Origin: an uncultured archaeon
GTDB taxonomy: Archaea > Iainarchaeota > Iainarchaeia > Iainarchaeales > JAAZKV01
DNA: 32,000 nucleotides
Assembly (NCBI GenBank): GCA_964551375.1
Contig: CAZKBG010000001.1
Coordinates: 90,001 to 122,000, forward strand
Reading direction: 5' to 3'
Both the position numbers and the translations under genes were made by a program. The notes below the pieces were generated by a model. It worked only from the letters and a program-made list of their open reading frames with translations. It searched no databases and was not told the origin of the DNA. Below, in pieces: positions 1-8,650 of this stretch (position 1 is its first letter; each line of letters begins with the position of its first letter).

Positions 1-2
1 AC

Positions 3-3000
3 TCTGCATTTGACAAATACTTTAATTCATGGCTAACAACTGACATGGTTGTTTCAAACATTGGTCCAACTTTGCTTCACAAAGGGTACAAATTATTTAC
101 AAAAGGAGCAAAGTCATTTGGTGACGGATCGCTTGCAGGTCCATGGAACCAAGTAATGAAAGCAAAAAGAATGGTTTCTCCAAGCGAGATATTCGGGAAA
201 CAAAGATACGCAAAGTATAATGCCTTGATTAAGGAAGAAGGATTTGGAAAAATATTTGAACCTCTAACTATACAAGGAAAGTTATTTAGCTCAGGCGCGG
301 CCGGAGAAATAGATAAATTAGTTGCAAAAGACTCTCCAATTTGGAAACTTGACTCTGAGCAAAGAAAAAAATTCTTTGAGGCAGTGGAGCATTTGAGAGC
401 TTATTCAATAGCAAATTCCGAGGCAATGTCTGCTGCAGAAGCGGCATTTAAGGCACAATCAGACGCAGCAAGCTTAATTGCAAATCCAGCAGCAAGAGCG
501 CTTGCTGAAAAAAATGCGAAAATATCTTGGGGGCAAGATGTTTCAAGAGTATTCAACGATTGGGATGACACAGTATTTTTGGATTCGCCAGCATGGCTTG
601 CAAAGAATGAAGATTTGCTTTCTCTTGGCGGATACGCGATGAAAAGAAACGGGCCTCCAGGGGCATGGCCTGATGGGCAGGGATATATTGATGTTTCAAC
701 AAGCGGTTCATTTAATTTCAAAGAAGCATTGAAAAAATTCAGAGATGAAGGCGGTTGGTCAGGCTGGGCGAACAGCACCGACGCAAAGTCATTTGCAGCA
801 AATGCTGACGGGAGCTTAAAACTTTATAAAATAAGCGAAGAAGGAACTGCGATTGCACAAAACGTTGGACTGCAGGACTTGAAATTTCATTTATCTAAAT
901 CAGGCTCAGGAACTTACAGCGTAAAACTTCCTGACGGAAGACTAATTCCTTTGAATGATGCTTCAATTGACATGATTGCGGGAAACCCTGCACTCCCAGG
1001 GCATGTAACGATATTCAAATCAACTTATGTTGAAGCAACTCCTCTTACTCCAGAAGACTTTGCAAACAGAGTAACACACTCAAGAATAACAGGAAGGCCA
1101 AACACAGCAGTAAGAAATATGGATGACTTGCACAATGCTCTCCTTCAGAATGATTTTGCCCCAAGAAGATTCACAAGCGCACTTGATGAACAGTTTGCAA
1201 AAGAAGGGGATATGATAAAAAAATATTACAAAGACCCAACAGTTGGGATTTACAAAGGGACAATTCTTCCTGTATTTTACTGGAATGCAAAAAGAGGATT
1301 TGGGCAGGAACAATTCTCCGCATTTATGCTTCCTGATACATGGACAACTCTTACCGTATCTCAGGGAACAGACAAGATATACAAAGATTCCTATATTGAC
1401 TTTTACGCAAATGAAGGCTCGGATCAGGGAGACATGTTCAAAAGAGCATTCAACAGCTTAGCATTTGTTTGGACAAAAGCGTTGGATCTTGCTGCAGAAA
1501 CTAACACTTTCCTAAAAGATGGGATTTCAAAAGTGAGCGGCGGATTCTTTGAAGGAAGCGCGACAAGAGACATAGTTGGGGATTTGGCATTCTACTCTCA
1601 TAACGAATCATGCGCAGGATGCACAGGAAATATTAATTTCAAAAACAATTATTTCACACTTAATGGATTTAATTCAGGAATAGCAATGCAGGCATTTTTG
1701 CTTGAAGCAAAAACTCCTGAAGAAAAAGCAAAAGAAGGAAGCTTGATTGTTTCATATACACACCACTCAAACTTGAACGGAAAAAGCACTCAAATTGAGG
1801 GCGGCTCAATTGATATTGCAAAAGCAAGAATCAGCGGAGAAACATGCGACCAGAAACTAAGAAAAATGGGCTTAGGATGGGCAGGTTCAGGAGCAGGCGG
1901 AGTACTGGCACTTGCAGAAAATTTAGGATATGTAGTTGGATTTGGGCCAGGGCTTGTTGCAAGCTTAGTTCAGCAGATGTACTTTGGAAGAGAATTACAA
2001 GATTGTGTTGATGATGTTGAAGGGTATTACACTCACTTCTACGCTCCTCCTGCAAAAGACGCAAGCAAGAATAAGACAAAAGAAATGCTTTCAAATGAAA
2101 ATGTTACAGGCGCACTATCTGACATGAGCACAAAGCTTGACGAGTTTGTAAAAGAAACACAAGCAAATCAAAAAACAACAACCGCAAAAACTCCGACAAA
2201 CCCAGTTGAAAAATCAATGGACAGCTTGAGCACTCAATTCAAAGACTTCGCAGAAAAAGCAAAGCAGACAAACATACTTCAGGCAACAGTAGAACTTCTT
2301 CCTCCATCAAGCGGAACATTATCAGGAAAAGATGTATTTTACATTTGGTTTAAAGAAACACTAATGCCTTCAGGGTACCGCTCAACAGGAAAAATGATTA
2401 TTTCAGACGGCAATAACTCAGTTGAAGCAAACTTTGCAGAAGGCACTTTGAAAGTGAATGGAAAAGAAGTGATTGGAAAAGACAGTGCAGATCACACAAG
2501 ACTGCTAACTCAAGACAACAGAATCCCTGCAGAAGTAGTTCCAATGACACTAAATAGAATCGCGGCTCCAATGAACGAAGGAACTGTATTTGAAATGAAT
2601 TCATACGGCGAAGTAAAAATTCTTAACTCTGATGTATTAAACTGCTTCCAAAAAGCAGTAAGAGACCAGACAGGAATAACTTACAGCGGAAGCGAAGTAA
2701 CACAAGTAATGGGAAATCTCCAGGCAATAAGCACAGACATGTACGGCTCTGTTTTCGCAAGAGATACTAAGATTTTCCTTGAGGGAACTGCAGCAAGAAT
2801 GCAGGGAAGCTCATACTCTAAGTTTATAATAAACGGATTTTGGAATACAAAATTAGTTGACGGCAACGGCTCGCTTGATTCAGGAAAATTCGTTGGAATG
2901 AACTTTGCAAACGGAACAATAGTTCTAAAGCCAGAAACAAATGAACTTGTTATTTGGATAAGACAGCACAAAGACGCAATATTAACAAGCAAGGACGTAA

Positions 3001-3743
3001 AAGATTTGAAAGCTACTCCCACAACAGTAAAAGATCCTGCGACAGATTGTGACACTCCCGCAATTGACCTTGAAGCAGTGCCATTTGCTAATGATGAACT
3101 TGGAGCTCAAAAAGTAGGCAACTTCAACACTTCAATGAATCACCTTGGTCCATTCACTCAATTCACAACCGACAAAAGAATTTATGAATTTTATTCAAAA
3201 AGAGACGGAAATAACGGAGACTGCAAGAATTACTTTAGAGTAAGAGACAAAGACACTGGAAAAATATTGACAGACCAGGAAATAGTCGGACCAATAACTC
3301 AAGATGCTGACGGCACAATAAAATTCAGGACAGCAGACGGCAAACAGCAGTCCTTAAAGTTTGACGCAGAAAACGGGGTTCCAAAAGTTTCATACAATGG
3401 AGGAGCTCCAGAAACACTACTTTCAGCGCAGGGACCAAAAGGCTCATTCTGGTACGATCCAAATACAGGGCAGTGGTACCCAGAGAACGGACTGCAGATT
3501 CCTCTAAATCAAGCTTTCAAAGATAACGGTGCTTGGTTTGAGCCTGACAAAAATGGAAATGTTGTTGGTACACCTGAAAATAAAATGACATTTAACATCG
3601 GACAGGGAAAGGACTCAAGCTTTAACTTGCCATCAATGCCAGAAACAGCGGCAGGAATAGCAGTATTCATGATGTTATTCTTATTAGTAGCATTCATGAC
3701 AACACAGGGTAGATACAAAAGAAAAAGAAAAGATTTACTTTAA
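3..3743 (+). CDS. Giant membrane-anchored surface protein, 5'-partial, function unknown
   Basis: ORF track gives 45..3743 (1232 aa). The same frame stays open from nt 3 to the window edge, and the first Met is not followed by a signal peptide, so the gene most likely starts upstream. The C-terminus is LPSMPET-AAGIAVFMMLFLLVAFM-TTQGRYKRKRKDLL (hydrophobic helix plus basic tail). I recognised no catalytic motif or family. Confidence 0.8.
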   Translation, partial: SAFDKYFNSWLTTDMVVSNIGPTLLHKGYKLFTKGAKSFGDGSLAGPWNQVMKAKRMVSPSEIFGKQRYAKYNALIKEEGFGKIFEPLTIQGKLFSSGAAGEIDKLVAKDSPIWKLDSEQRKKFFEAVEHLRAYSIANSEAMSAAEAAFKAQSDAASLIANPAARALAEKNAKISWGQDVSRVFNDWDDTVFLDSPAWLAKNEDLLSLGGYAMKRNGPPGAWPDGQGYIDVSTSGSFNFKEALKKFRDEGGWSGWANSTDAKSFAANADGSLKLYKISEEGTAIAQNVGLQDLKFHLSKSGSGTYSVKLPDGRLIPLNDASIDMIAGNPALPGHVTIFKSTYVEATPLTPEDFANRVTHSRITGRPNTAVRNMDDLHNALLQNDFAPRRFTSALDEQFAKEGDMIKKYYKDPTVGIYKGTILPVFYWNAKRGFGQEQFSAFMLPDTWTTLTVSQGTDKIYKDSYIDFYANEGSDQGDMFKRAFNSLAFVWTKALDLAAETNTFLKDGISKVSGGFFEGSATRDIVGDLAFYSHNESCAGCTGNINFKNNYFTLNGFNSGIAMQAFLLEAKTPEEKAKEGSLIVSYTHHSNLNGKSTQIEGGSIDIAKARISGETCDQKLRKMGLGWAGSGAGGVLALAENLGYVVGFGPGLVASLVQQMYFGRELQDCVDDVEGYYTHFYAPPAKDASKNKTKEMLSNENVTGALSDMSTKLDEFVKETQANQKTTTAKTPTNPVEKSMDSLSTQFKDFAEKAKQTNILQATVELLPPSSGTLSGKDVFYIWFKETLMPSGYRSTGKMIISDGNNSVEANFAEGTLKVNGKEVIGKDSADHTRLLTQDNRIPAEVVPMTLNRIAAPMNEGTVFEMNSYGEVKILNSDVLNCFQKAVRDQTGITYSGSEVTQVMGNLQAISTDMYGSVFARDTKIFLEGTAARMQGSSYSKFIINGFWNTKLVDGNGSLDSGKFVGMNFANGTIVLKPETNELVIWIRQHKDAILTSKDVKDLKATPTTVKDPATDCDTPAIDLEAVPFANDELGAQKVGNFNTSMNHLGPFTQFTTDKRIYEFYSKRDGNNGDCKNYFRVRDKDTGKILTDQEIVGPITQDADGTIKFRTADGKQQSLKFDAENGVPKVSYNGGAPETLLSAQGPKGSFWYDPNTGQWYPENGLQIPLNQAFKDNGAWFEPDKNGNVVGTPENKMTFNIGQGKDSSFNLPSMPETAAGIAVFMMLFLLVAFMTTQGRYKRKRKDLL

Positions 3744-3799
3744 AAAATAGCTAATTAGTTTAAAGCAGTCAGTACCTTAAAGGATTTTAAGTCAAGCAC

Positions 3800-3811
3800 T
3801 TTTTATTTTTT
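3800..3811 (+). terminator. Oligo-T tract downstream of the giant gene (archaeal-type terminator candidate)
   Basis: tttttatttttt lies about 57 nt after the stop codon, in the convergent gap between 3743 and 3832. Confidence 0.3.
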
Positions 3812-3831
3812 GATTTAAGTTATTTTTGATT

Positions 3832-4575
3832 TTAAGTGTACATTGGAGTTGAATCCGGCTTCACTTCTTTTGTTTCCTCAATAGTCTTTAAGTGCTTAAT
3901 TATGGACTCTTCAAGCGTCTTTGCCTCTTCAAGAAGCGGCTTAACATCAATGCTGATCTTAGTCAATGCGCAGATTATTTTCACCACTTCAGCAGCGGCA
4001 TTATAATCAGCATTATTTTTTGCGTTTCCAAGCACGCAGAACGCTTCAATATTATTATCCTTAAGCCCAAGCATTAAAAGAGCAGTAACTCCTGAAGTAA
4101 TTCCATTGTCAATCATTGGGATATTATTTTTATGGATAATTTTCTTTGAAGCCTCATTGCTTGCAAAAGCATAAACAGGCTTTCCGTCAGGAATTCTTAC
4201 CCCTGAAGTGGAAATAACCCTTGTAATTCCTTTCTTTTTAATCCAAGCAACCAGCTCATCCGAAGTAGGGGCTGCTATGATGTTATCAATAATCTGTTCA
4301 GCAAGTCCAATAACAACTTTGTACTTTTTATTGGCATAAATCCTCACAGGGTGCACAGGAAGCCCGTTTTGAATTCTAATCATGGGCATAAAATGCCTTG
4401 AGTCAATATACCCTATCTGCTCAAATTTTAATTTATCAACAAGGTACCTTGAGCCGATAGTCCCTGCAAGTCCAAGATCCGGAAATCCTTCAATAAAAGT
4501 AAAGCCTTTAAGAGGCATATTTTTAGTTTCAACAATTTTGATTAATTTATTTGTCTGCATTTCTTTCTCCGCCAT
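3832..4575 (-). CDS. PAC2 family protein (PbaA/PbaB-like proteasome assembly chaperone/activator)
   Basis: ORF 3832..4695 trimmed to Met41 (ATG at 4575, AAGGTG just upstream); the longer form would overlap the upstream gene. FIEGFPDLGLAGTIGSRYL resembles the PAC2 N-terminal EG-x-PG-x-GLVG signature. The C-terminus ends M-Y-T, a hydrophobic-Tyr-X (HbYX) proteasome-docking motif. Confidence 0.8.
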   Translation of the reverse strand: MAEKEMQTNKLIKIVETKNMPLKGFTFIEGFPDLGLAGTIGSRYLVDKLKFEQIGYIDSRHFMPMIRIQNGLPVHPVRIYANKKYKVVIGLAEQIIDNIIAAPTSDELVAWIKKKGITRVISTSGVRIPDGKPVYAFASNEASKKIIHKNNIPMIDNGITSGVTALLMLGLKDNNIEAFCVLGNAKNNADYNAAAEVVKIICALTKISIDVKPLLEEAKTLEESIIKHLKTIEETKEVKPDSTPMYT

Positions 4576-4622
4576 TAACACACCTTGACAAAGAATTACT
4601 TTTATTGTTAATAAACCTTTCT

Positions 4623-5570
4623 TCAGTGAGCAAAAGTTTGCGACAAAGTGAATACTGCCATTGCAGCGGGGATTAATATCAGCGAATAAATCCAAAAATT
4701 TTTCTTATTTCCTTCCTGTAGTGCAAGGAAAAATGAGCTTAACGCGCTGTATTCAAATATGTAAATAGCGGTTGAAAGAATTGCTGAGTCAAACAGCGCC
4801 GCGCGCTGTTCTTTATTCAATCCAAGCTCAATTCCAGCAAGCCCGCTTCCATTAAATCCTCCAACAAGCCCGATGATTGCTCCAAGCACTGCGGGGACAA
4901 TCAATCCTGCTGAAAGAAGAAGCGTATATTTAGTTATTAGCATTGTCGCCTGCCTTTCTTTAATTATCGCCTTAGTCTCAAGCAAATCTTCAGCGCTTTC
5001 TTTAAGCATATTTGATATTTTTGCCCCTGTTTTGTATCCATGAATGAATAAATCAATTGCTCTTGAGTATGCTTTGCTGTCATTAAGGAACTTTATCCTA
5101 TTAAGCGCCTCTTCCACGCTTGCCCCGTTTGTTATTTCCTTATGCGCTCGCTTAAAATCGCTATCAATTAATTCAAATTCATGCTGTGAAATAATTGCAA
5201 TGGTTTTTGCCATTGATGACTCATCGCAAAAAACGCTTGCCTCAAGGAGGAGGTCGCTTAGCATTTCCTCCTTTTTTTGTTTTCTTCTTTCAAAAACAAG
5301 GTCCTGAAAGATATAGTTAAAGAGAAACGGGGCAAAGAATCCAAAAATTCCTGTGATTATTAAAAATTCAATTTTTTGCCCTATGAATTGCCAATAAATC
5401 ATCATGGCGCAAATCATAAGCGCAGTTCCTTCAATTATGCTGATCGAAATAAATCCTTTGAAAGTTCTCATTTTGGAATTATTGATGGTGAGTTTATTTT
5501 CAAATTTAATAACTTTATTTGCGTCAAATAATTCTCTTAACAACAGCTCAATTGCTTTATTTGCTTCCAT
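4623..5570 (-). CDS. Type IV filament platform protein, single T2SSF domain (TadC/FlaJ-half-like)
   Basis: 315 aa. An N-terminal TM pair is followed by a cytoplasmic helical domain (FKRAHKEITNGASVEEALNRI...AIDLFIHGYKTGAKISNMLKESAEDL) and C-terminal TM helices. This is the GspF/PilC/FlaJ/TadBC domain architecture. Confidence 0.75.
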   Translation of the reverse strand: MEANKAIELLLRELFDANKVIKFENKLTINNSKMRTFKGFISISIIEGTALMICAMMIYWQFIGQKIEFLIITGIFGFFAPFLFNYIFQDLVFERRKQKKEEMLSDLLLEASVFCDESSMAKTIAIISQHEFELIDSDFKRAHKEITNGASVEEALNRIKFLNDSKAYSRAIDLFIHGYKTGAKISNMLKESAEDLLETKAIIKERQATMLITKYTLLLSAGLIVPAVLGAIIGLVGGFNGSGLAGIELGLNKEQRAALFDSAILSTAIYIFEYSALSSFFLALQEGNKKNFWIYSLILIPAAMAVFTLSQTFAH

Positions 5571-5621
5571 AACCAGTTCACATCCTGCTAATTTTGCTTT
5601 TAGAGTTTTTCTTCGTTAATT

Positions 5622-6524
5622 TTATTGTTTGAGAAAGATTGGCGTCTTTGATTCAATCATCATTAACACTGCAAAATCGATTACTGGAAAGCCAACGCAT
5701 CCAATCAGTAGGATTTGTTGGGGGGTAAATTTTAGACTCATAAAAAAAGAGCCTATTAATACAAAGCTCATAAACATTGCTGGCACAATTGCGGATACTG
5801 CAATAAATACAAGCGCAAAGAGAACCATTTTTCCTGAAAATTCTTTAGTTTCAATTTTTTGCTTTAAGAGAAGCTCTTCCGCCAGTTTTTTTATTGAGGT
5901 GGAATCAGCAGAGCCTTGTTTTTGAAGATTTGCAAGATTTGCATTCATCCTCCTAATATTAAGCGAATCAAGCCTCTCGTTTAAATTTTCAAGTGCTTTC
6001 TCAAAACTTAATCCTTTTTTTAAGTCCTGCCCAATTATAGTAAATTCTTTAGCTGCTTCACCGCTTTCCATTCCTGCCTGCGTCACAGCTTTAGTTAATG
6101 ATTTGCCAAACTGCACTTCATTAGCTATTTTGATTAAAATTAAAGGCAGTTCTGCTTCAATCTGCTTCAATCTTTTTTTGTGCTTCATTAAAGGGATATT
6201 CAGCATTATTACAAAAATTACTGCTGTTAGTATTGTTGCAATTGCTGCCGAAAGGAGAATATTTTTTTGCCATATTCCTATAATGAGCCAGATAAAAAGT
6301 CCGACAAAAATGCTTGTTTTGATTGAGTTTAACTTGTGCGCATTATACTCTTTTTCGCGCATTTTTGCCTTCTTTTTTAAAAGATTATCAAAAATTCCAT
6401 TTTCTTTATCTTTCATTAAATCACTTTCTTTATTTCCCATATCTTGTGTTATTGTCCTATTATTTGTGTAATAAATGGTTTTTCTTGGCGAGTTAAAGTT
6501 AATCCTCATTCCCTGCCAGTTCAT
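5622..6524 (-). CDS. Type IV filament platform protein, single T2SSF domain (TadB/FlaJ-half-like)
   Basis: 300-aa maximal ORF. TM helices flank a helical domain (ELPLILIKIANEVQFGKSLTKAVTQAG...FEKALENLNERL). The start is uncertain: Met at 6524 or 6509 overlaps the ATPase stop at 6499, while Met at 6440 or 6416 does not. Confidence 0.7.
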   Translation of the reverse strand: MNWQGMRINFNSPRKTIYYTNNRTITQDMGNKESDLMKDKENGIFDNLLKKKAKMREKEYNAHKLNSIKTSIFVGLFIWLIIGIWQKNILLSAAIATILTAVIFVIMLNIPLMKHKKRLKQIEAELPLILIKIANEVQFGKSLTKAVTQAGMESGEAAKEFTIIGQDLKKGLSFEKALENLNERLDSLNIRRMNANLANLQKQGSADSTSIKKLAEELLLKQKIETKEFSGKMVLFALVFIAVSAIVPAMFMSFVLIGSFFMSLKFTPQQILLIGCVGFPVIDFAVLMMIESKTPIFLKQ

Positions 6525-7899
6525 AAAATTCCATAAACTTAGCCACGTTTGTCAATTTTCTTAAAATGATTTCCTTATTTTTAGCAAGAGTTTCAATATC
6601 CTCTTCACTACATCTGAACGCCTGCTTAATCTTTTCATTTATTCTTTTTGAAGAAGCAGTTTTTTTCAAAAGATTGGCTCCATAATCAAATTCAAAAATT
6701 GGTTTTGCAGTTACTTTGCCTTTTCTTTCAAAAATTTCGCAGATTTGAGTAACTTTTCTTGTCTCAATTCGATTTTTGTTTTGGATTAAGTTAATTCTTT
6801 TTTGGACAAGCACTAAGTCAATTGATTTTAATGTATTTTCCATTATTCCAAAAGAAATTAATCTCTGAATTGCTTCCTCCGAGCTTTCAGCGTGAAAAGT
6901 TGCATAAGAGCCCTTTGCCTGCCCAGCAAGCATCGTATTTACATAAGCGCCTGATTCTTCTCTTGTTCGAATTTCTCCAATTATTACTCTATCCGGACGC
7001 ATCCTAAATGTATTGTCAATTAATCCGCTCATGGAAATGTTCTGCTGTTCAGCCGTGTTCATTTTAATAGTGTGATTTTGAGGCAGCAAAAGTTCAGGAG
7101 TTTCTTCAACTACTACAATTCTTTCATCTTTTGGCAGAAAGCAGAATAATGCATTAAGCGTGGTTGTTTTTCCAGAGCCTGTATTTCCACACACAAGAAT
7201 TGAACAGGAGGACTGCATTGCAAGCCACAAAAATGCCATTGCCTCAAAACTAATTGTTCCAATATCTGCCAAATCTGAAGGAGTAAAAGGATTTTCTTTA
7301 AATTTTCGAATTGTTGCATTAATTCCTGAAAATGCGACAGGATTAATTGATGCATTAAGTCTTGAGCCGTCTTTAAGCACCGCATTAAGCATCGGCTTGT
7401 GGTAGGATAATTGTCTTCCGAGCGGTGAAGCCATTTTGTTAATTATTGTTCTAATTCGTTCTTCATTTTCAAAGCTTAAATTTGTAGTCAGCCAGCCAAA
7501 AGTTCGGTGGTAAACCATAATGGGTTTTTTTGGGCCGTTAATTACAATTTCTTCAAAATCAGGGTCAGATAATAATGGAGTTAAGATACTTTCTCCAATT
7601 GACTCCCACTCGAGCAAAGTGCTGATTTTTTCCCGCTGTTCTTTTGTGAGTAAAATCATTCTTTCAAGGCAGTATTCTTTTAAGAAAAAATATATGTCCG
7701 CTTTTGATGCAATCATTTTGTTATGTAGTTTTAGTTCTTTTAGGGCGCTGGCAAAAAAGATTTTTTCTTTTTCATTAAGCTCTGGAATTTTTGCCAAAAG
7801 AAACCGCTTGTCCTTTACTGCGACAATTTCTCCGCTTAAACATTCACTAAGCTTCTTTGAGTACTCAATATCTTCAACTTTAAAATCAATCTTTTCCAT
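6499..7899 (-). CDS. FlaI/PilB/TadA-type secretion ATPase (type II/IV secretion NTPase)
   Basis: Walker A GNTGSGKTT (7162..7188), Walker B-like PDRVIIGEIR, His-box SYATFHAES. The track ORF begins at TTG 7923. I prefer ATG 7899 (MEKIDFK...) because a TATTTAAT box at 7923..7930 sits 24-31 nt upstream of it, the same leaderless geometry seen at other genes here. Confidence 0.88.
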   Translation of the reverse strand: MEKIDFKVEDIEYSKKLSECLSGEIVAVKDKRFLLAKIPELNEKEKIFFASALKELKLHNKMIASKADIYFFLKEYCLERMILLTKEQREKISTLLEWESIGESILTPLLSDPDFEEIVINGPKKPIMVYHRTFGWLTTNLSFENEERIRTIINKMASPLGRQLSYHKPMLNAVLKDGSRLNASINPVAFSGINATIRKFKENPFTPSDLADIGTISFEAMAFLWLAMQSSCSILVCGNTGSGKTTTLNALFCFLPKDERIVVVEETPELLLPQNHTIKMNTAEQQNISMSGLIDNTFRMRPDRVIIGEIRTREESGAYVNTMLAGQAKGSYATFHAESSEEAIQRLISFGIMENTLKSIDLVLVQKRINLIQNKNRIETRKVTQICEIFERKGKVTAKPIFEFDYGANLLKKTASSKRINEKIKQAFRCSEEDIETLAKNKEIILRKLTNVAKFMEFYELAGNED

Positions 7900-7922
7900 T
7901 AAATTGAATTTTGCTTGTGGCA

Positions 7923-7930
7923 ATTAAATA
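7923..7930 (-). promoter_or_regulatory. TATA-like box for the ATPase operon
   Basis: Minus-strand TATTTAAT, 24-31 nt upstream of ATG 7899. Confidence 0.35.
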
Positions 7931-8200
7931 CTTTTCTTAAAATTCGTTTTCTGACGAACAGAACTTGCCAAAATATCCTCTTTTTGTTATGTTTATTTTG
8001 TTTTTGCAGAAAAACAAACCTCGTTATTTTGGTTAGTTTTGGCTGAATAAGTAATTTTAGAAGGGGTTGCTGATTATGTTTAGTTAAAAAATCCATTTTT
8101 TGGTTGCTTTACGCAAAACGTAATTTTTATATATTAGTTAGGCTCTAATAATAGTCGGGTTATCACCCCGATTTCTATAGGTAAAGGCAAGAAAAGGCAA

Positions 8201-8243
8201 AGGAGGAAAGGAAAGCGTCTGATTAAAGGCTTTCTTTCCTTCT
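8201..8243. terminator. Strong imperfect hairpin flanked by T/A runs (probable terminator of the DUF192 gene)
   Basis: aggaggaaaggaaagc (8201..8216) pairs with ggctttctttccttct (8229..8243): about 15 bp with one bulge and one G:T, and a 12-nt loop. T-runs flank it on both strands (ttttaaaaaactttttt). It lies about 25 nt beyond the stop codon at 8269. Confidence 0.4.
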
Positions 8244-8268
8244 TTTAAAAAACTTTTTTAGCATTAGT

Positions 8269-8628
8269 TCATTTTTTGGGCTTGTCCCATTCAACTTTCT
8301 GCCCTATTCTAAGTTGGAAAATTTTGTTTTCAGGCATTTCAATAACATACTTAGCAGCTTTTTTTGGAGTGTAATTAGGCGTGAATGGAGTTAATGTAAC
8401 CTTATCCACAATAATTTTATTTTTATCCAAAAACAGGACATCAATTGGAAAGAAAACAAAAAGCATGTGAAGAGAGGTCCCAATCTTGCTCTCAACAGGG
8501 AAATCAAAAATAAGCGCATAATTAAAGTTCTTTTTATCCTCAAACATTAATCCCTTTGTCCGTTCCCAGCTGTTATTTGCGAAACGAACATTCTTCATCA
8601 ATACTTTATTTCCTACTTTTAGCACCAT
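8269..8628 (-). CDS. DUF192 (COG1430) family protein
   Basis: RTKGLMF...ALIFDF...LHMLFVFFPIDVLFLD...AKYVIEMP matches the DUF192 pattern (GLM-x-R..., F-x-M, P-x-D-x-x-F, yvlE). ATG 8628 is preferred over TTG 8643 because TATATAAA at 8651..8658 lies 23-30 nt upstream. Confidence 0.75.
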   Translation of the reverse strand: MVLKVGNKVLMKNVRFANNSWERTKGLMFEDKKNFNYALIFDFPVESKIGTSLHMLFVFFPIDVLFLDKNKIIVDKVTLTPFTPNYTPKKAAKYVIEMPENKIFQLRIGQKVEWDKPKK

Positions 8629-8650
8629 TATCCACTCAAGCAAGTTATGT

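Noticed and set aside
4576-4695. 40-codon N-terminal extension of the PAC2 ORF given in the track.
   Set aside because: The extension overlaps the 3' end of the platform gene (4623..5570) and does not look like PAC2 sequence. An internal Met at 4575 has an AAGGTG site and begins right before the conserved domain.
7520-7927. 135-aa plus-strand ORF, and the ORFs at 7160..7405 and 6822..7007, antisense to the ATPase gene.
   Set aside because: They are shadow ORFs of a gene with unambiguous Walker A, Walker B and His-box motifs. Their products are Ser/Phe/Ile-rich with no recognisable features.
7899-8096. 65-aa very basic minus-strand ORF upstream of the ATPase.
   Set aside because: It ends in frame with and overlaps the ATPase start region. 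It has K/R/Q-rich composition typical of translated AT-rich spacer and no TATA box at the expected distance.
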